A program made the position numbers and the translations under genes. 48,627 nucleotides of DNA, from positions 81,605,366 to 81,653,992 of the forward strand of contig NC_057711.1 of NCBI RefSeq assembly GCF_004010195.1. The letters run 5' to 3'. Shown one piece after another: positions 38,350 through 48,627 of this stretch. The stretch is from Chiloscyllium plagiosum. Lineage: Eukaryota. The notes beneath the pieces are model-generated. The model was not told the origin of the DNA, made no database searches, and worked only from the letters and a program-made list of their open reading frames with translations. Numbering within the stretch: the stretch's first letter is position 1; each line of letters begins with the position of its first letter.

Positions 38350-39092
38350 GGTGATGTGTCATAATGATCACTGATGTGGGTTCAACTAGTTACAAATTGT
38401 CTCAACAACATGGATAATGGAAACAAACATACAGTAGCTAAATTTACTCATGAGACAAACATAAGTAAAAACATAAATTGGAAAAAGGACAAAAGGAGTC
38501 TACAAGTAAGTAAAATGAGTAAGCAAAAAAACTGGCAGAGAGCTATTTTTCACAGGATTCACATTCATTCACAGCATATGGGTGTACTTATTGCTCATGT
38601 CTTAGGGGGCAGCAAAGAGTCAATCACATTGCTGGAGTTACATGTAGGCCAGACTAGATACGGATGGTTGTCTCCATTCCTAAAGGGCATCAATGAACCA
38701 GATGAGTTTTTCCTGACAATTGACAACAGTTTTACAGCTACAGTTAGACTCTTAATTCCAAGTTTTTACTGAATTCAAATTTCACCATCTGCTAAGGCAG
38801 GATTCGAATGCAAATCCCCACTGAATTATCTGCATCTCTGGATTAATAGTCTAGTTATAAGGCTACAAGGCCATCACCAACCTTCAAGGGAGTAAAGTGG
38901 CTGCTTTGGTAGGAAGACCAAAAAAAAAAATCACATATTCTTTAAATGGTAAGAGATTGCAGAATGCAGTGGTTAGAGAGGGTTCAGAGAGTCCTTTTAC
39001 ATGAATCACAAAAATACACAGAGGTAGAGCAAGTGATTAACAAGTCAATGGCACATTGTTGTTTATTGCAAGGAGAATTGTAAAATAGGGAC
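38350..39092 (+). mobile_element. Old CR1 relic (left part), split by a SINE (~38550-38880, minus) and continuing at 44823-45100
   Basis: KFTHETN (degenerate FADDTK) ... LLFIARRI at ~39055-39080; resumes at 44823 with FYRVSVRLHLQYCAQLWSPYIRK. Confidence 0.7.
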
Positions 39093-41294
39093 CGCTGGAT
39101 GTATATCTTGTCTTTAAGAACTCTGTCTGTTGTATGTAGAGAAAGTTAGTCTGCTCTTGATTTTGGAAGCTGCACACAGAAATAATTTGGTTTGCTGTAA
39201 TGTCTGTTCAGAACACATGGTGTGTTTTAATGTTTTAAATAAACTAATCCACAGTTGATCAGTCACTGATGATAAATTGATATTAGACCATTATCATTAA
39301 CATGACATGCTGAACAATAATGCAAAACATCATGCTGATAAGGCCTATAATGTCAGCAAGCAATTTAATCTACGGGCAAAACACATGGTCAACAGACTTA
39401 AATCAGACTAAAATACATGTGACAGAGCTCAAAGTCTTTGTTCAGTACAGTGTCATAGAGTTTGAAAATGTAGATTCCTTCTAAGCAGACCAGTCTTAGT
39501 TGAGAGACCTGTTTAACAACTAACTGAGAAAGGCAAATGATCAGAGTGCATACTGGATCAATATCAAGAAAATGCAGGTTAAAGGCATATTGTCAGAATG
39601 GCAGTAAAATTCCCTAGCTTATATTGGAACAAAGCAGAACTAACAAAAATCAACACATTTGAGTAGCACTCAGAACTATGGCTTCTAGATTCAGTGTGTA
39701 CAATGCAAACAAACCAATAAAATTTTCTTAGCAACTGGGAACAAAGTTCTACACAGATTTAATATGTCAGAACTAACAGCTAAAAGATTCCCAAAAGATC
39801 TGGAATGCAATAGAAGACCAAATTAGAGATAAAGTAAACGTCTATATTCAGGATTAGAATTTATGTCATTCAGACGAAAGTCCACAGAACCATGATCATA
39901 TACAGTGAAAAGGGCTCATTTTGCGACTCTTCAGATAAAAGATACCCAACAGAATTATTCAGTTGGTAATCACGGTCATCTTTATAGAACCTTTCCAGAA
40001 AGATTTGCTAGAAAAACTAAAAATGTATTGTGTCATAAAGTGTCAAAGATTGTGTGGCCTTCTTTAGGCAATAAAGAAATACCAAGCTTTCAAACAATTT
40101 TGACAGGTGTGTTGCAGAAAGGCCATTCACAGAGACAGTGTATTCGATTAAAGACTGATGCAGCTGCAAAGAGTTGTGCACCAACCTTAAATACACCAAG
40201 CACAAGGAGTATCTTCAAAGTACAAAAGACCATCAGGTATCCTATCAGAGGTGTATACAGAAAGTGACCAATAAACCAGAATCTGACAATATATATAATA
40301 AAACAAAGCATGCTGAATACATCTCTCATGGAAAAATTAATGTCATCACTCTATCTGAAATGTTTGCAAAACTTCATGCTGTCTGCCCTAAGAAACTGGT
40401 GACTATTAGTTACTGGATAAGAGTAACACCAAGTTAATTGTCAATATACTAACTCTGAATCTTTTTTAAAAACTTGTGCCAAACATGGAAAGCCATGATG
40501 AAACCAGCAAATATAAAATTTTCAGCATGCAACGATTCATCAGTTCCATGTGGAAGATCAATAATGGCGGTGTGTAAGTACAATCAATCTGCCTGGATGT
40601 TAGTTATTCTCCATCATTGACGACTGCTGGACCAGCAATGGCAGATATATCAGCATGCTCTGACCTAACCCTGGTCATCATTCATGAAATTAGTCAGACA
40701 TCAGATGACAAACCAAGATCAGAAACTTTGCATTCCATTTCAATTCAAAACTTAACATAAATAACCAGAACTTTTTGATAAAAGTGAATTTCAAGGAAAT
40801 AGATGCCTCACAAAAACATTGACGAGCCTACCTAATCAACAAAAACTGGACAATTGCATTTGCTCTGGAAGTTCTGTCTGCAGTGCAATTCAGCTACTCA
40901 AACAATGAGTTGGAAACATTTGCCTGAGTTTGTGGAATCATACATTTTCATGCCTATCTATTCAATAAAAGATCTGTGGTGGAGACTGACCACAAATCAC
41001 TGCAGGTGATTGCGAAAACCACTGCCAAGATTACACTGTTCACCAATAAAAAGCCAAAGTAATGACTATGAAATTTGGTTCAAAACAGGTAACCTGATTA
41101 TCACAGCTATCTTAGCTCGGCTAACAAGAAGATATACCTTTGGATCTGTAAGTTGACTTCATTGGCATTGAACTTGAAGATGTTTTCCAAATTTACTTGA
41201 TACATTGCGCACAATGTAAGAACCAAAAGATTCCAAACTACAGAAATTATGGTAAAACATTACTTAAGGAATGATTCAGTTCAGCATATTCATA

Positions 41295-42690
41295 AACAAG
41301 ATGTGTTCCAGAGGACTGGAGCACAGCTAATGTGGTTCCTTTTCAAGAAGAATGGTTGGGATAAACAAGGGAATTTCAGACCAGTGACCATCAGTGGTAG
41401 GGAAACTAAGGAGAACATTCTGGAGAAAATTAATCTCCGTTTGGAGAGACAAGGTTTGATCAGGGATAGTCAGCATGGGAGATCATGCCTTACAAATCTG
41501 ACTTTTCAAGGTGATGACCAGATATTTAGATCAGGGTAATGCTGCTGATTTAGTTCTTATAGGTTTCAGCGGGAGGGGAAATGAGACAAGGTCCCACATG
41601 GGTCATTGATAAAGAAGGTAAAAGTACATGGAATCCAGGGTAAGTTGGAAAGATGAATCCAAAATTGGCTTAGTGGTAGGAGACACAGGGTGGTGGAAGA
41701 TGACAGTTTGCTTGATTAGAGGCCGGTGTCCAGTTGAGTCTCACGGGGATAAGTGCTGAGCCCCTTGTTGTTCATGAAATATATCTGAGAATGTGGGGGG
41801 ATGATAAGTAAGATTGCAGATGACATGAAGGTGTCTGAATGGCTAATAGTGAGGAAGAAGGTCTTAGCTTAAAGGAAGATATAGACAGATTGATCAGATG
41901 TATAGACCAGTGGCAGATAGAATTTAACCCTTAAAAGTGTGAGGTGTTGCACTTTGGATGATGTAACAAGGGAGCACTCAATGAATGGCAGAGCACTAGG
42001 AAGCTCAAAGGAGCATGGTAATCTTTGGATGCTTGTCCACGGATCCCTGGAGATGACAAGACAGTAGTTAAGAAAGCAAATGGGACACTTGCATAGATTA
42101 TAAGAGCAGGGAGGTCATGTTGGTGTTGTACAAAACTTTGGTTAGGCTACAGCTGGAGTACACAAAGCGAGGTGCTGTAAAAGCACAGCCAGTCAGGTAG
42201 CATCTGAGGAGCATGAGAAGGGGCGATGGTGATAGGTTGGAGGGGAAGGTGGAATGGATAGGTGGGAAGGAAGATGGACACGTAGGACAGTTCAAGAGGG
42301 CAGTGTTGAGTTGGAGAGTTGGATCTTGGATGAGGTGGCGGGAGGGGAGATGAGGAAACGGGTGAAGTCGATGTTGATGCCATGTGGTTGGAGGGTTCCA
42401 AGGTGGAAAATATGGCGTTCTTCCTCCAGGCAATGCCTTAGTTGAAGGGTCAATGATCAGGGCGCAACATCATAGTGGGTTTGAGAAAGACCCAGAGTGT
42501 TGGGAATCTGGACTGTACTGCCTGGGAGGCAGGAACTCTTACAAGCTTTAAAAACTCTGTGGATGAGCACTTCACATGACATAATCTTAAAGGCTATGGG
42601 CTAAGCGATGGAAAGTGGGATGAGCGTAGATAGATCAACTCAGATTTGATTGGCCGAAGGCCTTTCTTTGTGCTGTATGATGCTAAGTCA
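41295..42690 (+). mobile_element. CR1 LINE fragment nested in the Gypsy element
   Basis: NFRPV..SG, DSQHGRSCLTNL, KIADDMK, MLVLYKTLVRLQLEY; tail ggccgaagggcctttctttgtgctgtatg. Confidence 0.85.
42160..42435 (-). mobile_element. Penelope-like fragment with GIY-YIG endonuclease C-terminus
   Basis: Minus strand LEEERHIFHLGTLQPHGINIDFTRF, followed by a C-rich tract and the terminus cagatgctacctgactggctgtgctttt. Confidence 0.8.
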
Positions 42691-42809
42691 GATCACATTG
42701 GCCTTTTTGGGATGAACTAGACATCTCCTAAGGAGACATTTTTAAAGAAAGGCAAGTCATCATTTCAGATTTATTATGCACAAGAGCATAGGTCAGATGA
42801 GAAAAATTG

Positions 42810-43690
42810 CAAGAGATTTTTTGAAGAAGTAAGAAAGAGGATTGGTGAGGGCAGAGTGGTAGAAGTGATCTATATGGACTTCAGTAATGCCTTCGACAAG
42901 GTTCCCTATGGGAGTTTGGTTAGCAAGGTTAGATCTCATGGAATACAGGGAGAACTAGCCATTTGGATGGAGAACTGGCTTGGAGGTAGAAGGCAGCAGG
43001 TGGTGGCAGAGGGTTGCTTTTCAGACTGAAGGCCTGTGACCAGTGGAGTGCACAAGGATCGGTGCTTGGTCCACTACTTTTCATCATTTATATAAATGAT
43101 TTTGTTAGACCACTTGTGGAATATTGCAAACAATTCTGGTCTCCTTCCTATAGGAAGGATGTTATGAAACTTGAAAGGTTTCAGAAAAGATTTACAAGGA
43201 TATTGCCAGGGTTGGAGGATTTGAGCTATAGGGCGACTTTGAGTAGACAGGGGCTGTTTTCCTTGGAGACATCGGAGGCTGAGGGATGATCTTATAGAGG
43301 TTTATAAAATCTTGAAGGGCATGATAGGATGAGTAGACAAAGTATTTTGAAGGGCATGATAGGATGAGTAGACAAAGTATTTTCCCTGGAGTGTGGGAGT
43401 CCAGAACTAAACGATATAGGTTTAGGGTGAGAGGGGAAAGATACAAAAGAGATCTAAGGGGCAACTTTTTCACACAGAGCGTGGCACATACATGGAATGA
43501 GCTGCCAGAGGAAGTGGTGGAGGCTGGTACAATTACAAGGCATCTGGATGGGTATATGAATAGGAAGGGTTTGAAGGGATATGGGCCAGATGCTGGCAAG
43601 TGGGACTAGATTAGGTTGGGATATCTGGTCAGCATGGACGAGTTGGACAAAAGGGTTTGTTTCTGTTTTGTACATCTCTATGACTCTATT
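42810..43690 (+). mobile_element. CR1 LINE 3' fragment with internal deletion and a 35-bp tandem duplication (43312-43381)
   Basis: YMDFSNAFDKVP, QGSVLGPLLFIIYIND fused directly to VRPLVEYCKQFWSP; RGNFFTQ; tail ctctatgactctat. Confidence 0.9.
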
Positions 43691-45104
43691 CAGTACATTG
43701 GCCAGGTTGCAGCATTGAAATCCTTTTTATGGACTGAGAGGCTTGTCAAGAGGATATGACAAGTTTGGATAAGAACCAATAACACCCTATGTGATCCATG
43801 CCCATCCTCAATCCAAAACTGCAACTGTCCTTTTTTCGTGTTCATGGGAATGACTACATTGTCATAAAGTTGACTGCCTTACCAATTACTCCATGATTTG
43901 TCAGTCACATGAAATGTCAAATGCTCTAAACTCCTCTTGATCATACTACTTCTGCACATTATCTCAAGTGGAACAGACTAGCAGAATGCACAATTTGCAC
44001 AGTCAAAAATCTAAACTTCACATACAGAATTGGCAAACCAAGGAAGGCCAACCTATTGCAATGTTACATTTAAGAGCAACACAGAGTGCAACTATTCCAT
44101 CACCGCCAGAGCTCCTGAATGGCAGACCAGTAATAATCAATTTACTGGCTCATTAATAATTCTTTCTGAAACTCAAGAGCAGACTGTAAAACTACAAGAG
44201 CAGGTGACTAATGTGCATGATAAAAAATGTGAGTACAGAGTTGCCAACATTGCAAGTGGGACATTAGGTAGGCATCCAGAATCCCACAGCAAGGTTATTG
44301 AAAAAGTCAAAGTGACGAGAATGTATTCAGAACAAAGTTCCTGTAAGGTTGTACACATGACACAACTATATTGAGATGAAACAGAGGACAAATCGGGTCT
44401 GTCCCAGTATTGTTGCATCATGTATAAAGACACCAAACAGGTCACTGCTGACAATAGGAAATCATTTACTACTCCAGACAAGATCTGGAAGCATTACTTT
44501 ACATATTACAAAGACTCATAGGCTTACTTGTAAATGTAAAGACTTAAACTTCCTTGTGGAAAGGAGTCGAAAGTTGTGCTTACACCTTGCCTTTGGACAG
44601 TGCACTTTTAAAGGGTTTCATGTATTAGGTGTATACAATACTGCAACTGGCAGTTAGTCTGCTCTGGGTCAGCAAGTTGCACAAAGAGAAACTCTGGTTC
44701 GCTATAATGTCTGCTTCAGATCTTATAACATGTTTTACGGTTTTAAATATACACACCCATAGAGTTAATCAATCCCTGTTGTGTGACTGATTGAATAAGC
44801 CTTTATCATTAATATTAAAACAGATGCTTTGCACAGTTCTACAGGGTTTCGGTGAGACTACACCTGCAGTATTGTGCACAGCTTTGGTCTCCTTATATAA
44901 GAAAGAAGATAAACGCAATAGAAGTGATTCAGTGAATATTCACTCAGAGTCATGAGACTTTGCAATGCTCTTCACCATTCAGCATTTAAGACAGGTCACT
45001 TAATACTTTTAAGGCAGAATAGATCTGAACTAGCAAGGAAATCAATAGTTACCGGGGTTAGGAATGAACAAGGAGCTGAGGCCACATTCAGATCAATATT
45101 AGGG

Positions 45105-46140
45105 GTTGGAGATCAGTGGTGAGCAGGGTACCACAGAGGTCAGCATTGGGCCTGCAACTGTTCACGATGTACATAAATGATTTGGAAGAGGAGACCAAGT
45201 GTAACATATCCGAGTTTGCAGATGACACTAAATTGAGTGGAAAGACAAACTGTGTAGAGGACATGGTGGGTCTGCAGAGAGATTTAAATGGGTTAAGTAA
45301 GTGGACAAGGGTCTGGCAAATGGAGTATAATGTTGGTAAATGTGAAGTTATCCATTTTGGAAGTAAAAGTAGTGGGTCAGAGTATACTTAAATGGTGACA
45401 GATTGCAGCATGCTGTTGTGCAGAGGGACTTAGAAGTGTGCATACATAAATCACTAAAAGTTGATTTGCAGATGCAACAGGTAAATGGAATATTGGCTTT
45501 CATTGCTCAAGGGACTGAATTTAAGAGCAGGTAGGTACTGCTGCAATCGCACAAGGTGTTGGTGAAGCTGCACCTGGATCATTATGCACAGTTCTGGTCT
45601 CCTCACTTGAGGAAGGATATATTGGCTTTGGAGCTGGTGCAGAGTAGATTCACCAGGCTGATTCTGGAGATGACGGGGTTACGCTATGAGGAGAGGTTGA
45701 GCCACCTGGGACTGTTCTCACTAGAATTTAGAAGAATGAGAGGGAATCTTATAGATACATATAAAATGATTAAAGGGACAGATAAGATAGAGGCAGGCAA
45801 GTTGTTTTCGCTGGTGGGTGAGACTAGGACTACGGGACATGACCTCAGATTAGGGGGAGTAGATTTAGGACAGAGATGATGAGGAACTGCTTTTCCCGGA
45901 CAGTAGTGAATCTATGGAATTCTCTGCCCAAGGAAACAGTAGAGGCAGCTTCATTAAATAGACTCAAGACACAGTTGGATGAGCTTTTGCATGGTTGGGG
46001 AATTAAGGGTTATGGGGATATTGCAGATAGGTGGAGCTGAGACAATGGAAAGATCAGCCATGACCTTAATGAACAGTGCAGCAGGCTCAACAGGCCAAAT
46101 GGCTTACTCCTGCTTCTATTACTATGAAATTATGAAACTA
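45105..46140 (+). mobile_element. CR1 LINE 3' fragment
   Basis: VPQRSALG..YINDL..EFADDTKL..WQMEYNVGKCEVIHFG; QFWSPHLRKDI..; tail tactatgaaattatgaaac. Confidence 0.9.
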
Positions 46141-46297
46141 AATGGCAGACCAGACTTGAGAGGCTGAATAGCCTCATTCTGTTCGTAATTCATATATTCA
46201 ATTCTACAATACAATATAACAATCTGATTTACCTAAACAACAAAAATGTGAACTCACAGAAGCAAAGTACTATTTAAAAATTTGTAACAGAAGCTAC

Positions 46298-46438
46298 CTG
46301 ATTTGAAAATGCAGTATTATAGCCATGTGATGAAGAGGCTCCAGAACTGCTCCGGCTCACTGCTTGGGATGGTTTCCACTCCAGAACCGTGCCTGGACTG
46401 TCTTGGCTAAAAGCTACTTCATCACGAATTTCAGGCAC
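46298..46438 (-). CDS. RASEF: RASEF linker exon, duplicate copy A (141 nt, phase 0-0)
   Basis: tctctgtag|GTG ... CAG|gtagct. Open frame VPEIRDEVAFSQDSPGTVLEWKPSQAVSRSSSGASSSHGYNTAFSNQ, in frame with the preceding exon. Not in the supplied ORF track. Confidence 0.85.
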
Positions 46439-46524
46439 CTACAGAGAAATCACAAATAGATTTAAACTTACAAAGCCAGTAGAAGGCTGGCATTGCTAAA
46501 TCTCATTATTGAAAAAAAAATGTA

Positions 46525-46822
46525 GAAACGTGGAAACATAGAAAAGAGGTATGGGAGTAGGCCATTCGGCCCTTCGAGCCTGCATCACCAATCAATGTGA
46601 TCATGGCTGTTCATGCAATTTCAATTCCCACTCCCGCTTTCTCTCCATACCTCTTGATCTGCTTAGCCGCAAGGGCCATTCTTAGCTCCGTCTTCAATAT
46701 ATCTAACGAACTGGCCCCAACAGCTTTCTGTGGGAGAGAATTCCACAGGTTCACAACTCCGAGTGAAGAAATTCTTCCTCATCTCAGTCCTGAATGGCTT
46801 ACCCTTTATTCTTAGGCTGAAA
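46525..46822 (-). mobile_element. CR1 LINE 3' tail fragment
   Basis: LRIKGKPFRTEMRKNFFT; tail gcaggctcgaagggccgaatggcctactcc...ttctatgtttc. Confidence 0.85.
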
Positions 46823-46843
46823 ATCACCAAGTAACTAATTTGA

Positions 46844-46977
46844 TTCGGAGATGCCGGTATTGAACTGGGGTGTACAAAGTTAAAAATCACACAACACCAG
46901 GTTATAGTCCAACAGGTTTAATTGGAAGCAGTATTAAACCTGTTGGACTATAACCTGGTGTTGTGTGATTTTTAACT
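46844..46977. mobile_element. Short fold-back element with perfect 45-bp inverted arms and 12-bp flanking direct repeat
   Basis: Arms 46878-46922 and 46933-46977, loop 10 nt; taactaatttga at 46832-46843 and 46977-46988. Confidence 0.9.
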
Positions 46978-47010
46978 AACTAATTTGAGGCTCTGTACTC
47001 TTTGTGGTGG

Positions 47011-47190
47011 AAGTGAGAACTGCATATGCTGGAGATCAGCGACGAGAGTGTGGTGCTGGAAAAGCACAGCAGGTGAAGGGCTTATGCCCAAAACTTTGAT
47101 TCTCCTGCTCCTCGGATGCTGTCTGACTTGCTGTGCTTTTCCTGCAACACACTCTCAACTCTGATCTCCAGCATCTGAAATACTCACTTT
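47011..47190. mobile_element. Fold-back of two Penelope-like termini
   Basis: aagtgagaactgcatatgctggagatcag..gagagtgtggtgctggaaaagcacagcag pairs with ctgtgcttttcctgcaacacactctc..ctgatctccagcatctgaaatactcactt; contains a broken hammerhead remnant gaagggcttatgcccaaaac. Confidence 0.8.
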
Positions 47191-47711
47191 CTCACACCTG
47201 CTGTGCTTGACTCTGTACTCATTGTGTCAACCATTGTGCCGTAACAATTTTTAAAATTCCAATTGCTAATCGCCCCATGCATTTAATTGTATTCAAAAGA
47301 TCTCAGCCTAGTAGCATTACATTATTAGCATTCTTTCAGATGTGGCAATCCTCCATTCTCTTTCCTTCTATAATGGTGGACAAGCTCTGCTCTGTTGGGA
47401 GGGCACACTCCAAATGCTCAAACCAAATGCAATTGTTGCAGGTGAAGTATACAAACATAGCAGAATATTCTCTAACTGTAACAATCAATCTGGCATTTAG
47501 TAACCAGATAGTCAAACATTTAAATTATTGTAAAATTAATCACTTATATGGTTAATTGTTTTAGACCTGACCAAAAATACAGACCCCGGAATTCATTTAC
47601 AATCTATTTCTCCAAAGAGGAATCAGTCATTTCTTTGCAGATCAATAAATGTAGTTCATAGTGTAACAAAGATTTGCATCAAAATGTCACACAGCTTGTT
47701 TGGTTCCTTAC

Positions 47712-47946
47712 ATCGGTGTCAGAAGCATCTTCTCCAAAGGCTTCTTGTGCACAATGTGCTCTTTCAAAATGTCTGTGATGTTTGAATTCACCCTCAGAAT
47801 CATATTCATTTGAATCTCTCATTGTGGACATGCCACTGTCAAAACAGCTTTCAGTTAAGCTTTCAACTTCACAACTTGCTCTGCGCATTGGGTCACATAC
47901 AGCAAGTGACTCCATGTCTTCATCTAAGTAAGAAGATCTGGATGAC
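47712..47946 (-). CDS. RASEF: RASEF (Rab45) internal coding exon, linker region; first exon in the window (gene continues upstream beyond the window)
   Basis: Acceptor ttccaatag|G, donor GAT|gtaagg, 235 nt. Translates [78 protein letters not shown], matching the remembered vertebrate RASEF linker (ESCFDSGLSTLRD.NEYDSE...DASDTD). Confidence 0.93.
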
Positions 47947-48264
47947 CTATTGGAAACAACAATGAAAATCCAACGCTTTAGTTTATCAGTGCTGTTGAAG
48001 TTTGGAGTCAAAGAAATGAGATCCTATAAATGTAAGGTAATCCCCTTCAACTGAAGGAATCATCAAAACCAATAGTGGTCAGTTTTCCATGTTTCCATGT
48101 GAGGACATTACAGAAACATTTTAGTTTTGTCTCATTGAAACTTTGACTTGAAGCTCTCCTAAGTTTCTATTGAGGGAGAAGAAGTGCACTTAAAGGCTGT
48201 TGAGCATTGAGGCATAAGACTTTTTTTAATATATAAGGAGTGAGAGGGGAAAGAAGCTGCATTT

Positions 48265-48332
48265 CAAATCACACGACAACAGGCTATAGTCCAACTGGTT
48301 TATTAGAAATTACAAGCTTTCAGAGCATTGCT
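48265..48332. mobile_element. Single arm of the fold-back family seen at 13390 and 46844
   Basis: aaatcacacgacaacaggctatagtccaactggtttatt..gctttcagagcattgctc. Confidence 0.65.
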
Positions 48333-48335
48333 CGG

Positions 48336-48627
48336 TAGGTATAGGGAATGCTGGATGATTAAAGAAATTGAGGGTTTGGTTAAGAAAAAGAAGGAAGCAT
48401 ATGTCAGGTATAGACAGGATAAATCGAGTGAATCCTTAGAAGAGTATAAAGGCAGTAGGAGTATACTTAAGAGGGAAATCAGGAGGGCAAAAAGGAGACA
48501 TGAGATAGCTTTGGCAAATAGAATTAAGGAGAATCCAAAGAGTTTTCACAAATACATTAAGGACAAAAGGGTAACCAAGGAGAGAATAGGGCCCCTCAAA
48601 GATCAGCAAGGCGGCCTTTGTGTGGAG
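48336..48627 (+). mobile_element. CR1 LINE ORF2 fragment (endonuclease-RT linker), truncated by the window end
   Basis: Open frame ..KEIEGLVKKKKEAYVRYRQ..LKREIRRAKRRHEIALANRIKENPKSFHKYIKDKRVTKERIGPLKDQQG. Confidence 0.88.

Larger units (their letters stand above)
39100..44822 (+). mobile_element. Decayed conventional Ty3/Gypsy LTR retrotransposon (RT-RH-IN order) carrying nested CR1 and Penelope insertions
   Basis: Direct repeats ~39100-39302 and ~44580-44822 (agttagtctgctct..gctgcaca.ag..a...tggtt.gct.taatgtctg..ttatcattaa). RNase H IAFALEVLSAVQFSYSNNELETFA*VCGIIHFHAYLFNKRSVVETDHKSL (~40850-41005); integrase relics HWPG, VHGNDYIV and MLHLRATQ..SPPELLNGR (43690-44130). LTR starts are approximate. 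Confidence 0.78.

Noticed and set aside
43312..43381. 35-bp tandem repeat
   Set aside because: Real, but an ordinary slippage duplication within a CR1 fragment.

Overview
Eukaryotic, AT-rich, repeat-dense genomic DNA. The repeat families (HE1/V-SINE-like, DeuSINE-like, many CR1 LINEs, Penelope-like fragments) point to a cartilaginous fish, probably a shark (inference). The only host gene is the 3' part of RASEF (Rab45) on the minus strand: nine GT-AG coding exons from 47946 down to the stop at 17393, encoding part of the linker and the complete Rab GTPase domain with a C-terminal CCxx motif. The most notable observation is that one 141-nt phase-0 linker exon is present twice (46298-46438 and 36512-36652). 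Both copies are open with intact splice sites, share about 76% nucleotide identity, have homologous flanking intron sequence and have diverged at opposite ends. The rest is transposon-derived: a decayed Gmr1-type Gypsy element (PR-IN-RT-RH order), a conventional Gypsy element nested in a CR1, a solo LTR, and many LINE/SINE relics. Penelope-like fragments carry minimal hammerhead-ribozyme cores. There are also several long fold-back structures in RASEF introns, including a perfect 45-bp hairpin with 12-bp flanking direct repeats and a near-perfect ~273-bp inverted duplication. No prokaryotic-type system (CRISPR, operon) is present. Family names are assigned from remembered motifs, not from database searches.
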